This document shows positions 51,699 through 63,600 of a stretch of DNA of 64,000 nt, in pieces. A program made the position numbers and the translations under genes. Where the stretch lies: contig NC_085843.1 in NCBI RefSeq assembly GCF_035594765.1, positions 100,603,971 to 100,667,970 on the forward strand, in the 5' to 3' direction. Position 1 is the stretch's first letter, and each line of letters opens with the position of its first letter. Source of the DNA: Anolis carolinensis. Its lineage: Eukaryota. The notes below the pieces were generated by a model that was given only the letters and a program-made list of their open reading frames with translations, was not told where the DNA came from and searched no databases.

Positions 51699-52384
51699 TT
51701 CTACCCCCCCCCCCCCCCCGTTCAAAGAGCTCCATTGGCTGCCATTTATTTTCTGAGCCCAATTCAAGGTGCAGGTTATTACCTACAAAGCCCTAAACGG
51801 TTTGGGACCCACCTACCTTCGTGACCGTATTTCCCCCTACGAACCTGCACGATCCCTTCGCTCGTCGGGGGAGGCCCTCCTCTCGCTCCCACCACCCTCG
51901 CAGGCGCGGTTGGTGGGGACGAGGGAGAGGGCCTTCTCCGTCGTGGCCCCCCGGCTTTGGAACTCGCTCCCCAGGGAGATCAGGCAGGCCCCTACCCTCC
52001 TCTCATTCCGGAAGAGCCTGAAAACATGGCTCTTCCAGCAGGCCTTCGATAACTGATTTGGTAAGTCCGATCAGTTGTTTTTTTCCAATTATAGTCCCGC
52101 GTTTATGCCTCTTCCAGCACCTTGAAGGTGACGACAATTTGGACAATCCACCCCCTCCTGATGATTTAGATGTAATTAGCACTTTGGCCAGGTTTCTCCT
52201 GATTTTATCTAGATTTTATCTTTTGTCCTTATAGGTGAATTTTTATGACTGGTTTTCATTGTTTTTAATTTGTTTTATGGTGTTATTTTATTGTTGTTGA
52301 CTGGACTTGGCCCCATGTAAGTCGCCCCGAGTCCCTTCGGGGAGATGGGGCGGGATATAAGAATAAAATTATTATGATAAATTA
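51699..52384 (+). mobile_element. Young 5'-truncated L2-clade LINE
   Basis: ORF2 end YKALNGLGPTYL..RSLRS..RAFSVVAPRLWNSLP..FRKSLKTWLF; L2 tail; TSD TTAGAG 51693-51698 / 52385-52390; absent from duplicate copy 2. Confidence 0.9.
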
Positions 52385-52549
52385 TTAGAGAAGATGTCAT
52401 TGTTGGAACTTTTTTTCTTTTACTTGACTTCCTCCCTATACTAAAAAATTATGTATGACAATACTCCCTCCCCCTCTGTGTCTTTGAGGAAAAAATAGAC
52501 TCGTGTATAGAACTATTTAACTAAATGGCTCCATAACTTACATACTTAC

Positions 52550-52820
52550 ATTGCGATGGCACAATGGCTTAAACCCTTGTGCCGGCTGAACTGCTGACCT
52601 GAAGGTTGGGTTGCTGACATGAAGGTTGCCGGTTCGAATCCACAAGATGGGGTGAGCTCCCGTCTGTCAGCTCTAGCTTGTGGGGATATGAAAGAAGCCT
52701 CCCAGCAGGATGGTAACACATCTGGGCATCCCCTGGGCAACGTCTTTGTAGATGGCCAATTCTCTCACACCAGAAGTGACTTGCGGTATGTTCTCAAGTT
52801 GCTTCTGACATGATGAAAAA
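52550..52820 (+). mobile_element. tRNA-headed SINE (second tail type), in duplication copy 1
   Basis: GGTTCGAATCC B box; nearly identical to 63657-63927. Confidence 0.85.
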
Positions 52821-52997
52821 AGAAACCAAAAACTCACATGCTATATCTTGTGATGTTTGCCATCTTTCCCTTATTTTTCCCTATTTTAATTGTTTGAGTT
52901 TTTTAAATTGTCTTTTTTAAAAATATAAATACAAATTTATTTCCACACAAAAAAGAGAAACTGACCATGAACATAAAGTATGTCAACGGAGAAATCA

Positions 52998-53137
52998 AGG
53001 ACCCTTCCACAGAGCCATATGACTCAGAATATCAAGGCAGATAATCCGCAATATCGGCTTTGAACTGGGTTATCTGAGTCCACACTGCCATATAATCCAG
53101 TTCAATTGGGATTTTGTATAGCAGTGTGGAAAGGGCC
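52998..53137. mobile_element. PIF/Harbinger-like MITE
   Basis: ggacccttccacagagc / gcagtgtggaaagggcc ends. Confidence 0.65.
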
Positions 53138-53521
53138 CCGTATGTTGAAAATGGTTTCCATTTATTGATGATTTGAACAACAAAGATAGATTTTGAACAA
53201 GTCATTATGTTCCCAGAAATGTTGGAATAATATGTAATGCTGTTTCAAACTGATATTGAAGAAAGTGGTTTCGTTGTGCAGATGATTACAGGGGAAATTC
53301 TGGAATCAATTTACACAAACCACAAAGCATTGCTCACATTAAGGGGTTTCTTTCATGCACTTTTGCGAGTGTTTGTTGTCTTGCCCTGTAGTTCAAACTG
53401 CATTAAATGGTCAGTGTAGATGGGCCCTTACTGATATGTGATGATTACACTACACCTTATAATAGAACTTTTAAAGCTACTCCCAAACAGCTAGACGTTG
53501 GTCGAAAGCCTATTTATAACA

Positions 53522-53645
53522 CAGGTATGTGCAAACTTGGGCCCTCCAGGAGTTTCAGACGTAACTCTCACAATTACTACTGGCTGTTAGAAATTGTGGG
53601 AGTTGAAGTCCAAAACTCCTGGAGGGCCCAGGTTTGCCCACTCCT
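53522..53645. mobile_element. hAT MITE (family of 16224)
   Basis: caggtatgtgcaaacttgggccctccagg / cctggagggcccaggtttgccca. Confidence 0.75.
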
Positions 53646-55582
53646 CTTATAACATCTACGTGTCAATCTTTTACAGTACAGGTTGAGTATCCCTTACCCA
53701 AAATGCAGGCGATCAGAAGTGTTTTCCGTTTTCTGAAGATTTTGATATATTTGCATATATATGAGATATCTTGATGATATCTACATTGCAAACCCAAAAT
53801 TCATGCAGGTTTTCGAAACACCTTGTACTGTATATTCATAGGCTGCTTAGGTAATTTCATACACAATTTTTGTTTTAGTAATTTTCTGTACATTTGTGCA
53901 CATTGTAAAGCCAAAGTGTTTCCCCTTCAGCCATTCATGGGGATCATTTTGGACTTCTGGATAAGGGATGCTCAACGTGTACTTTATTATGCCCACAAGC
54001 AGTCATTGTGGATGTTCTGCTTTCAGATGTTTTCAATGAAAATTTGGACAAAAAGGGAGGTGTGCAGGCACCGCTCTTGGCTGCCTTTCACTCCAGCCGC
54101 CAGCAGAGGGTGCCAGTGGGCCATCTGAAATGGGAAATTTATACCTGGGGTCCAAAATACACTGTTTGATACTACTACAACTGCCATGGTTCAGTGGTAT
54201 AGAATCATGGGAATGATAGTTTGTTGAGGCACCCAGAGTCTTTGGCAGAGACCTTGTCAAATCGCAACCCCCACAATTACCTAGTATTGAGCCACGGGAA
54301 GTAAAGTGGTGTCAAATTGCATCTGTTCTACAGTGTAGATGCAGCCAAAGCCATCAATCTTGAAGAAATGTTATCCTCAAGATTTAATCAGAATCACCAG
54401 TGGTAACTGAAATGATACATCCAAAGAGAGCTTCTACACTATAGAATGAATGCAAATTACCGACACAGTTCAAAGATATGGAGTTATGGGAGTTGTAGTT
54501 TGGTGAGGCATCATTAATAATTCACGGAGAAGCCTGAAGCCCTTGTAAAGCTAGAACTCCCATGATTCCCTAGCATTGAGCCATGGCGCTTAAAAGTGGT
54601 GTCAAACTGAGTTCATTCTACAGTACAGAATAGCAAAATCTCCTTTTACAGGATTCATCTGAACAATTAATATAACTCGGCACCACTTCTGGAATCAGAG
54701 GAGTTGTAGTTTTACAAGGCCCTTGCCAGAGAGTGCTGATTTGACCCCACTTTAAGGGCCAGGACTCAATGCTACAAAATCAGGGGGTTTGCAGTTTGGT
54801 GGGGCACCACTACTTTTGGGAAGAGAAGGCGAAAGACATTGTGAAACGACAACTCCTGGATTCCTGGCAGTTAAATTTAAAAAAGTTAAGACTCCTAGTT
54901 AAGAATGCGGGTGAGACAACAGGAAGTAAGAGAAATTTACCCCTAGGAAGGGAAATTCACCCCTGAAAGCGTGGGGAAAGGTGTCTCCACTGAAGCTTTA
55001 TCACCAACCCTTGTTTCCACAATAAGATAAAATTTTCAAAACCCAAATATCACAGGGACAGAAAGTGAAGTTAAATCTTCTAAATAGGGGCACAGACAGC
55101 AAAACAAACCCCACAGGGATGTTAACCCTTCCCTATGCTATCCAAAACTAAAAGAGATATATACTTGGCTGGAGCTATGCTTAAAAAAGTACCTGTTCTG
55201 GCAAATTCAGCTTAAGAACAAACCTACACAACCTGTCTTGTTTGTTACTAGGGGACTACCTGTATTCTGAAGTTGCTAATAGAACTCTGCAGGGCATCCT
55301 GAAGAGCTCCACTGAAGTTCTTTTGTTCTCTAATACTTATATTTATCCATCTGAGTTAAACCAGTTGTCTTTTGAGATGCAAGATTAAGGTCAATACAGA
55401 TGCAGAGTTCAAAACAAAGTCACAATTAATTTTTAATATCTTGAGTTGTAATCCATTCATTCTACATTTAAACATATTTAGAACAAAAGTGAAAAGAGAA
55501 GCAGCTGATTGTAATTTTTGGTATCAACACACAAGAAAAACAGCTACTGTTTAAAATATTTATATCCATGCATATATGCCTT

Positions 55583-56380
55583 TTAAATATTAAAAAGCTG
55601 TTCTCCAGATGTGTATTTTTGAAGAGATAAGGCTGATCCGCACTTGGGACAGGGTTCAGTGTCAGAGCTGGACTGCTGCGGCATGACCATAACTATTGGA
55701 TGAACTCTATTGGACTTAAAGCAACATTTCTCACTAAGAATAAGGATTGAACTTGTTAGTTGGAACCCTGAAGCAACAATCCCCGCATAAATGGCAAAAC
55801 CAATATTCTGCTCATTAGGAAGATAAGGCAAATGAAAAGATTCAGGGAATACAATCCCTTCATTTACTATTACAGAGTGCATATTCCACAAAAGTGGGAT
55901 AAGACTGACGGCACCTGAAAGTAAACTGAGAATTCCCCCAACCCACAAAAAAATAAGCAAAAAGTTTTTTGGTCTTCCTTTGTGGTAAAGGTTCCACAAA
56001 GTAAAAGAAACGAAAGCTAGAGCTAAGGAGGCAAGGATACTAGCTAAAGGCATCAGGTCCTGGGCAATGAAAATCTCCGTTGGGAGGGAAAAATGTTCAT
56101 CCTGGAATTCCAGGCATTGCATCACCTTGGGCTTGTCTGGAGGAGGAGGTCCCACAAAACAAACTCCCCAGATGCCGATCCACATCTTCTCCATACCGGT
56201 GCCAGGCCTGGGATCCCATACCCGCCATTCCTCCCCTCCTGTTGCCATAAGGCACAGGGCCCAGCCGATCGCCATAAAGATGAAGGCAATCAGACGGATG
56301 TAAGCAAGATGAACAAGCCGGGCTGCGTCTGGGAAGTTGCCTTCTGCCAAGCCCATTTTCTGTCTTAGCCACTTCTCCAT
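55583..56380 (-). CDS. Claudin-34-like tetraspan protein (265 aa, single coding exon)
   Basis: Four hydrophobic helices; claudin ECL1 signature EWRVW..GIWGVC..C; CLDN34-type motifs LPTEIFIAQ, GIVFPESFHLP..P..Q.IG.AI and RVHP. Likely start MEKWLRQ after acceptor ccacAG| (exon start 56390). Orthology to CLDN34 proper is uncertain. Confidence 0.88.
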   Translation of the reverse strand: MEKWLRQKMGLAEGNFPDAARLVHLAYIRLIAFIFMAIGWALCLMATGGEEWRVWDPRPGTGMEKMWIGIWGVCFVGPPPPDKPKVMQCLEFQDEHFSLPTEIFIAQDLMPLASILASLALAFVSFTLWNLYHKGRPKNFLLIFLWVGGILSLLSGAVSLIPLLWNMHSVIVNEGIVFPESFHLPYLPNEQNIGFAIYAGIVASGFQLTSSILILSEKCCFKSNRVHPIVMVMPQQSSSDTEPCPKCGSALSLQKYTSGEQLFNI

Positions 56381-56599
56381 GCTGAGAAATCTGTGGATAA
56401 TGAAACAAGAGTTAGGAGTTAGGCACATGCACGTTATCTCACATGGGAACCTCCCCTCTGTTTCAGCAAAATTGTGATACATAGTTAAACCCTTCTGTTT
56501 TTTTTTTTAAAAAATGTTTTCTATGACAAATGGCCCCATGCCCTACTTGACCCACAGAATTGGGTAGCCTGCTGTAACACATGTCAAGATTAAATCTTC

Positions 56600-56730
56600 T
56601 GTTGGCAGGAATGGACTGGATGAGGGCAAAGAAAATGAGGTGTGATCCAGACAAGACAGAAGCACTCCTGGTCAGTCACAAGGCAGGCCAAGGAATGGGG
56701 ACCAGACCTGTGATGGATGGGATTCAACAG
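56600..56730 (+). mobile_element. L2 ORF2 internal fragment
   Basis: tggatgagggcaaag..gatccagacaagacagaagcactcctggtc = WMRA..DPDKTEALLV. Confidence 0.6.
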
Positions 56731-57835
56731 GGGACAGATATCAACAAAGAATAGCTCTCCAGCTCTTTCAAATGAGTTTCTGACCTGAATCACAAGACTT
56801 GAATATGGCTGGTGATCTCTGAAGACGAAGACCAGAATATGGTTCTCTCTCTTCGAGACTCAAGGACTGAATCTGGCTTGGTCAGATCATCCAAGATGCA
56901 CCTGAACAGTGGTGATCTTTGAACGGGGTGCCGTGGAAACTGCTCTTTCAAGTTCTGAAACCGTTTAGAATGTTGTCCATAACTGAAAAACTTGGTATCA
57001 AAAGATCAAAGGCAGATTCTGCCCTGGACATTGGGGCCTTTGCAGGGGTGGGGGCTCCTGGTCCCCAGACATTTAGGAGTAGGACTCCCTTAACACCAGG
57101 CAGACAAGGAGGGATGGATGGGAATGGTAGTTTAACAGCACAGGTGCCCTAGTTTGGTGTATTGCTTCATGGTTGCTCCAGGCCCATGTCAGATCTAAAA
57201 CAACAGTGCAAAATCTTTTCCAGTATGAATTAGTTTCACATTTTCAACTAAAACTTGAAGTGTGTGTTTTATAGGGAGCAGAGAGATCATTATTGCATAA
57301 GTGAACATCTCTTGGTAGTTTCACATAGATAATGTGCACACCTGAAGTTCAAATATCCTAACCAGCTCCCATGTCTCTTTAACAGTAGATAAAAAATCAG
57401 AAACAAATGTAGCTGTCCCATGTACAGTAGATCTCACTTATCCAACATTCATTTACCCAATGTTCTGGATTATCCAATGCAGTTTATATCCTGCCCCGAT
57501 CCACAGTGAATTTCCCAAAAAGAGCATCATGGCTTAAGGGCTGGAAGGCCTCAGTCACCAAAGGTTGTCTTCTCATCTGCTGGATTGCTTAGTAAGTCCC
57601 ACTCTGCCTCAGAGAACGGTATGGACACCCTCCCTCCGCCTTTTAAACGTAATTATTTGTAATTGTTATCCTGAGTAAGTCACATTCTCTTGGGCCCCTT
57701 CTACACTGCTATATAATCCAGATAATCAAACACTGTGTCACTGCCTGAAAATATTCCCCCAAAAATGTTGTTCAAGAAGCAAACCATGATTTTGCCGTTT
57801 TATATAAAGAACACAATTTTATTACACTATTGCAT

Positions 57836-57870
57836 AATGATGATGATGATGATGATGATAATAATAATAA

Positions 57871-57901
<31 letters not shown>

Positions 57902-57906
57902 AAGAA
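57836..57906. repeat. Compound microsatellite (GAT)n(AAT)n(AAG)n
   Basis: Direct reading; (GAT)n(AAT)n recurs at 58240-58288. Confidence 0.95.
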
Positions 57907-57907
57907 G

Positions 57908-58232
57908 CCCCGGCGGTGAAGTGTGTTAAAGCACTGAGCTGCTGAACTTGCAGACTGAAAGGTCCCAGGTTCAAAGCCTGGGAGCGACGTAAGCGCACAC
58001 TGTTAGCTCCAGCTTCTGCCAACCTAGCAGTTTAAAAACATGCCAATGTGAGTAGATCAATAGGTACTGCTCCAGCGGGAAGGTAACGGCGCTCCATGCA
58101 GTCATGCCGGCCACATGACCTTGGAGGTGTCTATGGATAACGCTGGCTCATCGGCTTAGAAATGGAGATGAGCACCAACCCCCAGAGTCAGACATGACTG
58201 GACTTAATGTCAGGGGAAGCCTTTACCTTTAC
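57908..58232 (+). mobile_element. Sauria-type SINE, near full length
   Basis: tRNA-like head and cctttacctttt tail. Confidence 0.85.
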
Positions 58233-58260
58233 TTATTGCATGATGATGATGATGATGATG

Positions 58261-58291
<31 letters not shown>

Positions 58292-58764
58292 CTTTTTATA
58301 GACCACCCTCTCTCTTTGATGCAGAGAAATAAGGTGTATGCAGCTGGAGTTTGGGGTTTTTGAGATTTTCATCTGGAACCCTTGCCACTGGCATAGTAAG
58401 AATCAAGCCAGGTTTATAGAAAGTCCTAATTGCCTAGACCTGTTGTTAACTTGTGGTGGCATTTCAATGGTTACTAGACTCACAAGCCTGGTCTGGAGAC
58501 TTCGCTTGATGACTGTTAGGCTACATAGGGGCAGTTATCGCTATTTTAGTAGGTTGGAGTGTGTATAGTAAAACTGTGACTGAAAAGGCTAGAAGGATCT
58601 GGGGCAACAGGCAATGTGGTGCTTAAATTGTTCTGGAATATAGCTTGTGTTACTGACCTTGGCTTGGCACAGTGCTTTTCAGCCATGTATCCTGACAGAG
58701 ATGGAGAATGAGGAAGGAATTTTGGTGATCTAATTCCAATAAAAACATTATATATGAATATACC

Positions 58765-59421
58765 AAGGTGAAAGAAGAAAGTGCAAAAGCTGGGCTGCAG
58801 TTAAACATCAAGAAAACCAAGATTATGGCAACCAGACTGATTGATAACTGGCAAACAGAGGGAGAAAACATGGAGGCAGTGGCAGACTTTGTATTTCTAG
58901 GTGCAAAGATTATTGCAGACGTAGACTGCAGCCAGGAAATCAGAAGACGTTTACTTCTTGGGAGAAGAGCAATGAACAACCTCAATAAAAGTAGAGACAT
59001 CAAACTGGCTATGAAGGTCTGCATAGTTAAAGCAATGGTATTCCCCATAGCAACCTTGAACTGTAGCTTTTGAACTGTGGTGGAGAAAAATTTGGAGAGT
59101 GCCTTGGACCGTAAGAAGATCCAACCAGTCCATAATCCAGCAAATAAAGCCCGACTGTTCATTGGAGGGAAGGATATTAGAGGCAAAGGTGTACTTTGGC
59201 CACAAAATGAGAAGACTGGAAAGCTTGGAAAAGAGAATGATGCCAGGGAAAATAGAAGGAAAAAGGAAGAGGGCTGACCAAGGGCAAGATGGACGGATGG
59301 TATCCTTGAAGTGACTGACTTGACCTTGAAGGAGCTGGGGGTGGCAACGGCCAACAGGGAGCTCTGGCGTGGGCTAGTCCACGAGGTCTCAAAGAGTTGG
59401 AAGCGAATGAACAAATAAACA
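58765..59421 (+). mobile_element. BovB/RTE LINE 3' portion (frameshifted)
   Basis: KVKEESAKAGLQLNIKKTKIMAT..FVFLGAKI..DCSQEIRRRLLLGRRAM..IVKAMVFP is typical BovB ORF sequence. Confidence 0.9.
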
Positions 59422-59436
59422 AGCATACCTTCTACG

Positions 59437-60481
59437 GTTAGGTGAATCTGTAATTGGCTAAGCGAACGAACCCAAAGGTTGCTCACCAATACGTCTTCTT
59501 CATTTTGGAAAGAGGTCATGAGTGGAGTGCCGCGGGGTTCCATCCTGGACCCGGTTCTTTTCAACATCTTTATTAACGACTTAGATGAAGGGTTAGAAGG
59601 CACGATCATCAAGTTTGCAGACGACACCAAACTGGGAGGGATAGCTAACACTCCAGAAGACAGGAGCAGAATTCAAAACGATCTTGACAGATTAGACAAA
59701 ATGAAGTTCGACAGGGACAAATGCAAGATACTTCACTTAGGCAGAAAAATGGAATGCAAAGATACAGAATGGGGGACACCTGGCTCGACAGCAGTATGTG
59801 TGAAAAAAGATCTTGGAGTCCTCATGGACAACAAATCAAACTTGAGCCAACAATGTGATGCGGCGGTGAAAAACGCCAATGGGATTTTGGCTTGCATAAA
59901 CAGGGGTATAGTGTCTAGATCCAGGGAAGTCATGCTCCCCCTCTATTCTGCCTTGGTCAAACCACACCTGGAATACTGTGTCCAATTCTGGACACCGAAG
60001 TTGAAGGGAGATGTTGACAAGCTGGAAACTGTCCAGAGGAAGGTGACTCAAATGATCAAGGATCTGGAGAACAAGCCCTATGAGGAGTGGCTTAAAGAGC
60101 TTGGCATGTTTAGCCTGCAGAAGAGAAGGCTGAGAGGAGATATGATAGCCATGTACAAATACGTGAGGGGAAGTCATAGGGAGGAGGGAGCAAGCTTGTT
60201 TTCTGCTGCCCTGCAGACTAGGACGTGGAACAATGGCTTCAAACTACAGGAAAGGAGATTCCACCTGAACATCAGGAAGAACTTCCTCACTGTGAGAGCT
60301 GTTCGACAGTGGAACTCTCTGCCCCGGACTGTGGTGGAGGCTCCTTCTTTGGAGGCTTTTAAGCAGAGGCTGGATGGCCATCTGTCAGGGGTGCTTTGAA
60401 TGAGATTTTCCTGCTTCTTGCAGGGGGTTGGACTGGATGGCCCGTGAGATCTCTTCCAACTCTACGATTCTATGATTCTAT
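59437..60481 (+). mobile_element. CR1 LINE 3' portion (RT C-terminus)
   Basis: ORF 59479-60399 SGVPRGSILDPVLFNIFINDL..KFADDTKL..PHLEYCVQFW..RRLRGD; tail (ATTCTATG)n. Confidence 0.93.
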
Positions 60482-60669
60482 AATTCTCTCCAAATATAAA
60501 GACACTTGATGAATAAATAATCATCTGATGAACTTCAGGATTTCAAATCTTGTTAAGTCTTAGGCCCCATCAACACTGCCATGTAAAGCAGTTTGAAACT
60601 GCATTATATGGTCATCTATAGATCATGAAATACACGTGGACACATGCAAGCCTCATAGAATCATAGATT

Positions 60670-63600
60670 CATAGAATCATAGAGTGGGAAGAGACCATGT
60701 AGGTCATCTATTCCAACCCCCTGCAATGCAGGAAAAGGGCAATCAAAATACCCCTGAAAGATGGCCATCCAGCCTCTTTTTAAATGTTTCCAAGGAAGGA
60801 GCTTCCACCGCACTCCGAGGCAGAGAGTCCCACTGCTGAACAGCTCTTCATTACATTGCGCATTGCATTATATTGCATTGTAGATGGGGCCACAGTGGTC
60901 TGTGGTAACAAAATAGATTTAGTAGAAAAAAGTTAAAAACCCGTGTTTAAATAAACACTCAAATTGATTTAAGTTCATACACAGAGTAGTTCAGGCTGTA
61001 GTTTGAACACACTAAACAAGACTAAGTCTAAATAGACATTCTGTGTCTTGGTTCTGTTTAAATATATAATGCTATGATGGCATCCCTCCACCCCAGATTC
61101 GTGTTCTCAACAATAATGATTTGTTAAATCAGGGTGAGATTTACAAGATATTAATATGTTCTTTATACTCTGGTTAGTACAGGGCAAAGTGGCTGAGAAT
61201 TGAGCTGTGAACCAGTAACTCCCCAAGACAAATACTGCTCTGCTAGAAACTCCCAGGTAGCCTTAGGCTCCCATATCCCTATCTGTAATACTGAGATGAT
61301 AACACCAACTAGGAATTATTCATACACGTGAGTCACTTTTTATTCTGAAAGTATATCCTTAGAAAAAAATATAATGCTAGCTCTTTATAAGAAGCTATTC
61401 TTGCCAATTGTAACCCATGGTTTCAATTCCATCACCATCGTACTGCACTATAATATGTAATCTGTTGTAATCTGCCTTGCATCCTGTAATGGGATAAAAG
61501 TATAAAATAAATATCTCTAAGGGGAAGAAAGATGTTTGCCTGGTTTCTTCCTCCCTTCAAGCTAAGACAGGCAACTTTTTCATCATCTGAACAGCAGTGG
61601 GAAGGACAAGGACCTCTGCCATTCTCACGAATACCTTAAGGCTGAGCATTGAGCCATAGTGCCTTTCAGACAATGGAACAGTTAGCTAATTTTACATTAA
61701 TATAGGCCAGGAATGGAGATTATGCTCTTCCAGATGTTGGACTGCATATTCTTATCACCGAGTGCTATTTAGTCCAACAACATCTGAAGGGTGGCATGTT
61801 TCCTACTTCTAATTCAGATCAAAAAGTTTTTCCAAGGGAGAATCTTTAGCATGTGCTGTTTCACTTACTTTGAAACCAGGTCACACTGCTTTTGCGTGGT
61901 CTCCCATTTGTTCTGTTCAGTAGGGTGTGGGAACTCCTTTGTTATGTTGTATCCTGATGACTCATGAACTGTGTATTTGTTGCAGGTATGCCTCACAGGT
62001 ATCAGAAATACGTTCAGCGGAGCATCAGTGCAATGCCATTTATATAGAATGTATCAATGCAATGCCATTTATATAGAATTGCAGTGAACTTTCGTCTGGA
62101 GTATGTCATATTAGTTTAATTTTTAATTGCCTAAGAGCTTTAATTGCAAAGAGGAAGTAGAAGAAAGGTGGTGCAAAATAATAAGCTTGCTGTGTGCAAA
62201 ATGAAGGCAAAAGTCCCATGGTTTTAAAATACATGCTTATCAACACTGAGGTCATTTTGACTTTTCTTCCTTTCAAGAACTATACACTTTGAATCCACTT
62301 CATTATTCATTACTTTGAAATTTTATTTTTACACAGTAATTGCAGCCATGACTGATTCTAGAATCCAGTTCTCTGGACAAGTTTCACAAAAATAAATAAG
62401 TACAGAAAATATTTGCAGATTTTGGAAAAATTACTTTTGGGCCATCACATCACAAAACCATCCAACCAGGATTCTGGGATTTGCAACACAAAAGGTAGCT
62501 TTTCCTAGATCTGCATTATCTTCCAGATATTGGGTGTGATATGATGTTCCCTCTTATACTATTGCAGTTTAAATTGCTGACTTCTTCCAGAAATACATTT
62601 TTCATTCTGGGCAAGCACATTTGAAAGAATGGAACTTGAATTTGGGTTTATAAACAGCTTTTCCATTCAAAAGGGTTCTCAAAACAGCATCATGTGTCAA
62701 TCCATATACATCATTAATATATTGCCTTAAGTACAGTGTGTGATGTGTGCTGACCCAAACATATCCTCAATTCTGAAACAGGTGTTCAGCTCTGGTTGCT
62801 GCGTGAGAGCATTGGCCCAGAAACACGCAGCAGCCATGCACTTCTTGTGACCACTGTGTGTGCAATGTCTTCTGATGACTCCACGAGCTTCATGATGTCC
62901 CCATGAGTTTTGTAAGGCAAGTATTACTCAAATATGGTTTGTCATTGTCTGCCTCTGAACATAGCAGCACCTGGTACTTCTTGTTGGGTCTTCCATCCAA
63001 GTAATAACCAGGGTTGAGTACTGAAAGTTTTTTTCTTGATCAATTGCCATCCAGCAACAATAAAACAACAATAAAACAACAAAACAACAATAAAAAAATT
63101 AAAAAAAAAAAGAAATTTTAAAAAGAAAAAAAAAAATTGCCATCCAGCCAAAGCTAGCTACTTTAAATTTAATTTTGCATGTTGCAACAGCAATGTATGT
63201 ATGAGCAACTGGCCATATATACATTTATATAAGATGATTTATTATGTGTAGATCCTACGTGAATGATAATTATAATCACTAATCTACTAACAAAAGAAAT
63301 TAACTTTAAAATATGTATATAGTTGGATGTCATCAAGAGTAGAAAAAAGTTTGAATTAGTTAATTGATAAAATAAGGAGAAGGAATACTATGCAGCATTG
63401 GAAGAGAAGGAAAAAAGAACAATATAAGAAGATAAAAGAAATCAATGTGGATCCTGAAGGATACATAGTTACTCTTGTTAGAGAAGATGTCATTGTTGGA
63501 ACTTTTTTCTTTTACTTGACTTCCTCCCTATACTATATATATATATATATATATATATGAATAACAATACTCCCTTCCCCTCTGTGTCTTTGATGAAACA

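Larger units (their letters stand above)
50725..52894 (+). repeat. Segmental duplication, copy 1
   Basis: Blocks match 60670-60803, 61012-61243, 62253-62642, 63268-63483 and 63478-64000 in the same order and orientation. Confidence 0.93.

Noticed and set aside
56381-56482. MYHNFAE... extension of the claudin ORF
   Set aside because: A plausible splice acceptor lies at 56391-56392 just before a good ATG; the extension is probably intronic.
58650-59651. 333-aa minus-strand ORF
   Set aside because: Antisense shadow of adjacent BovB and CR1 coding remnants.
61244-63271. Segments missing from duplication copy 1 as spliced-out introns (processed retrocopy)
   Set aside because: Boundaries are not GT-AG on either strand and show microhomology; copy 1 also shares the repeat content.
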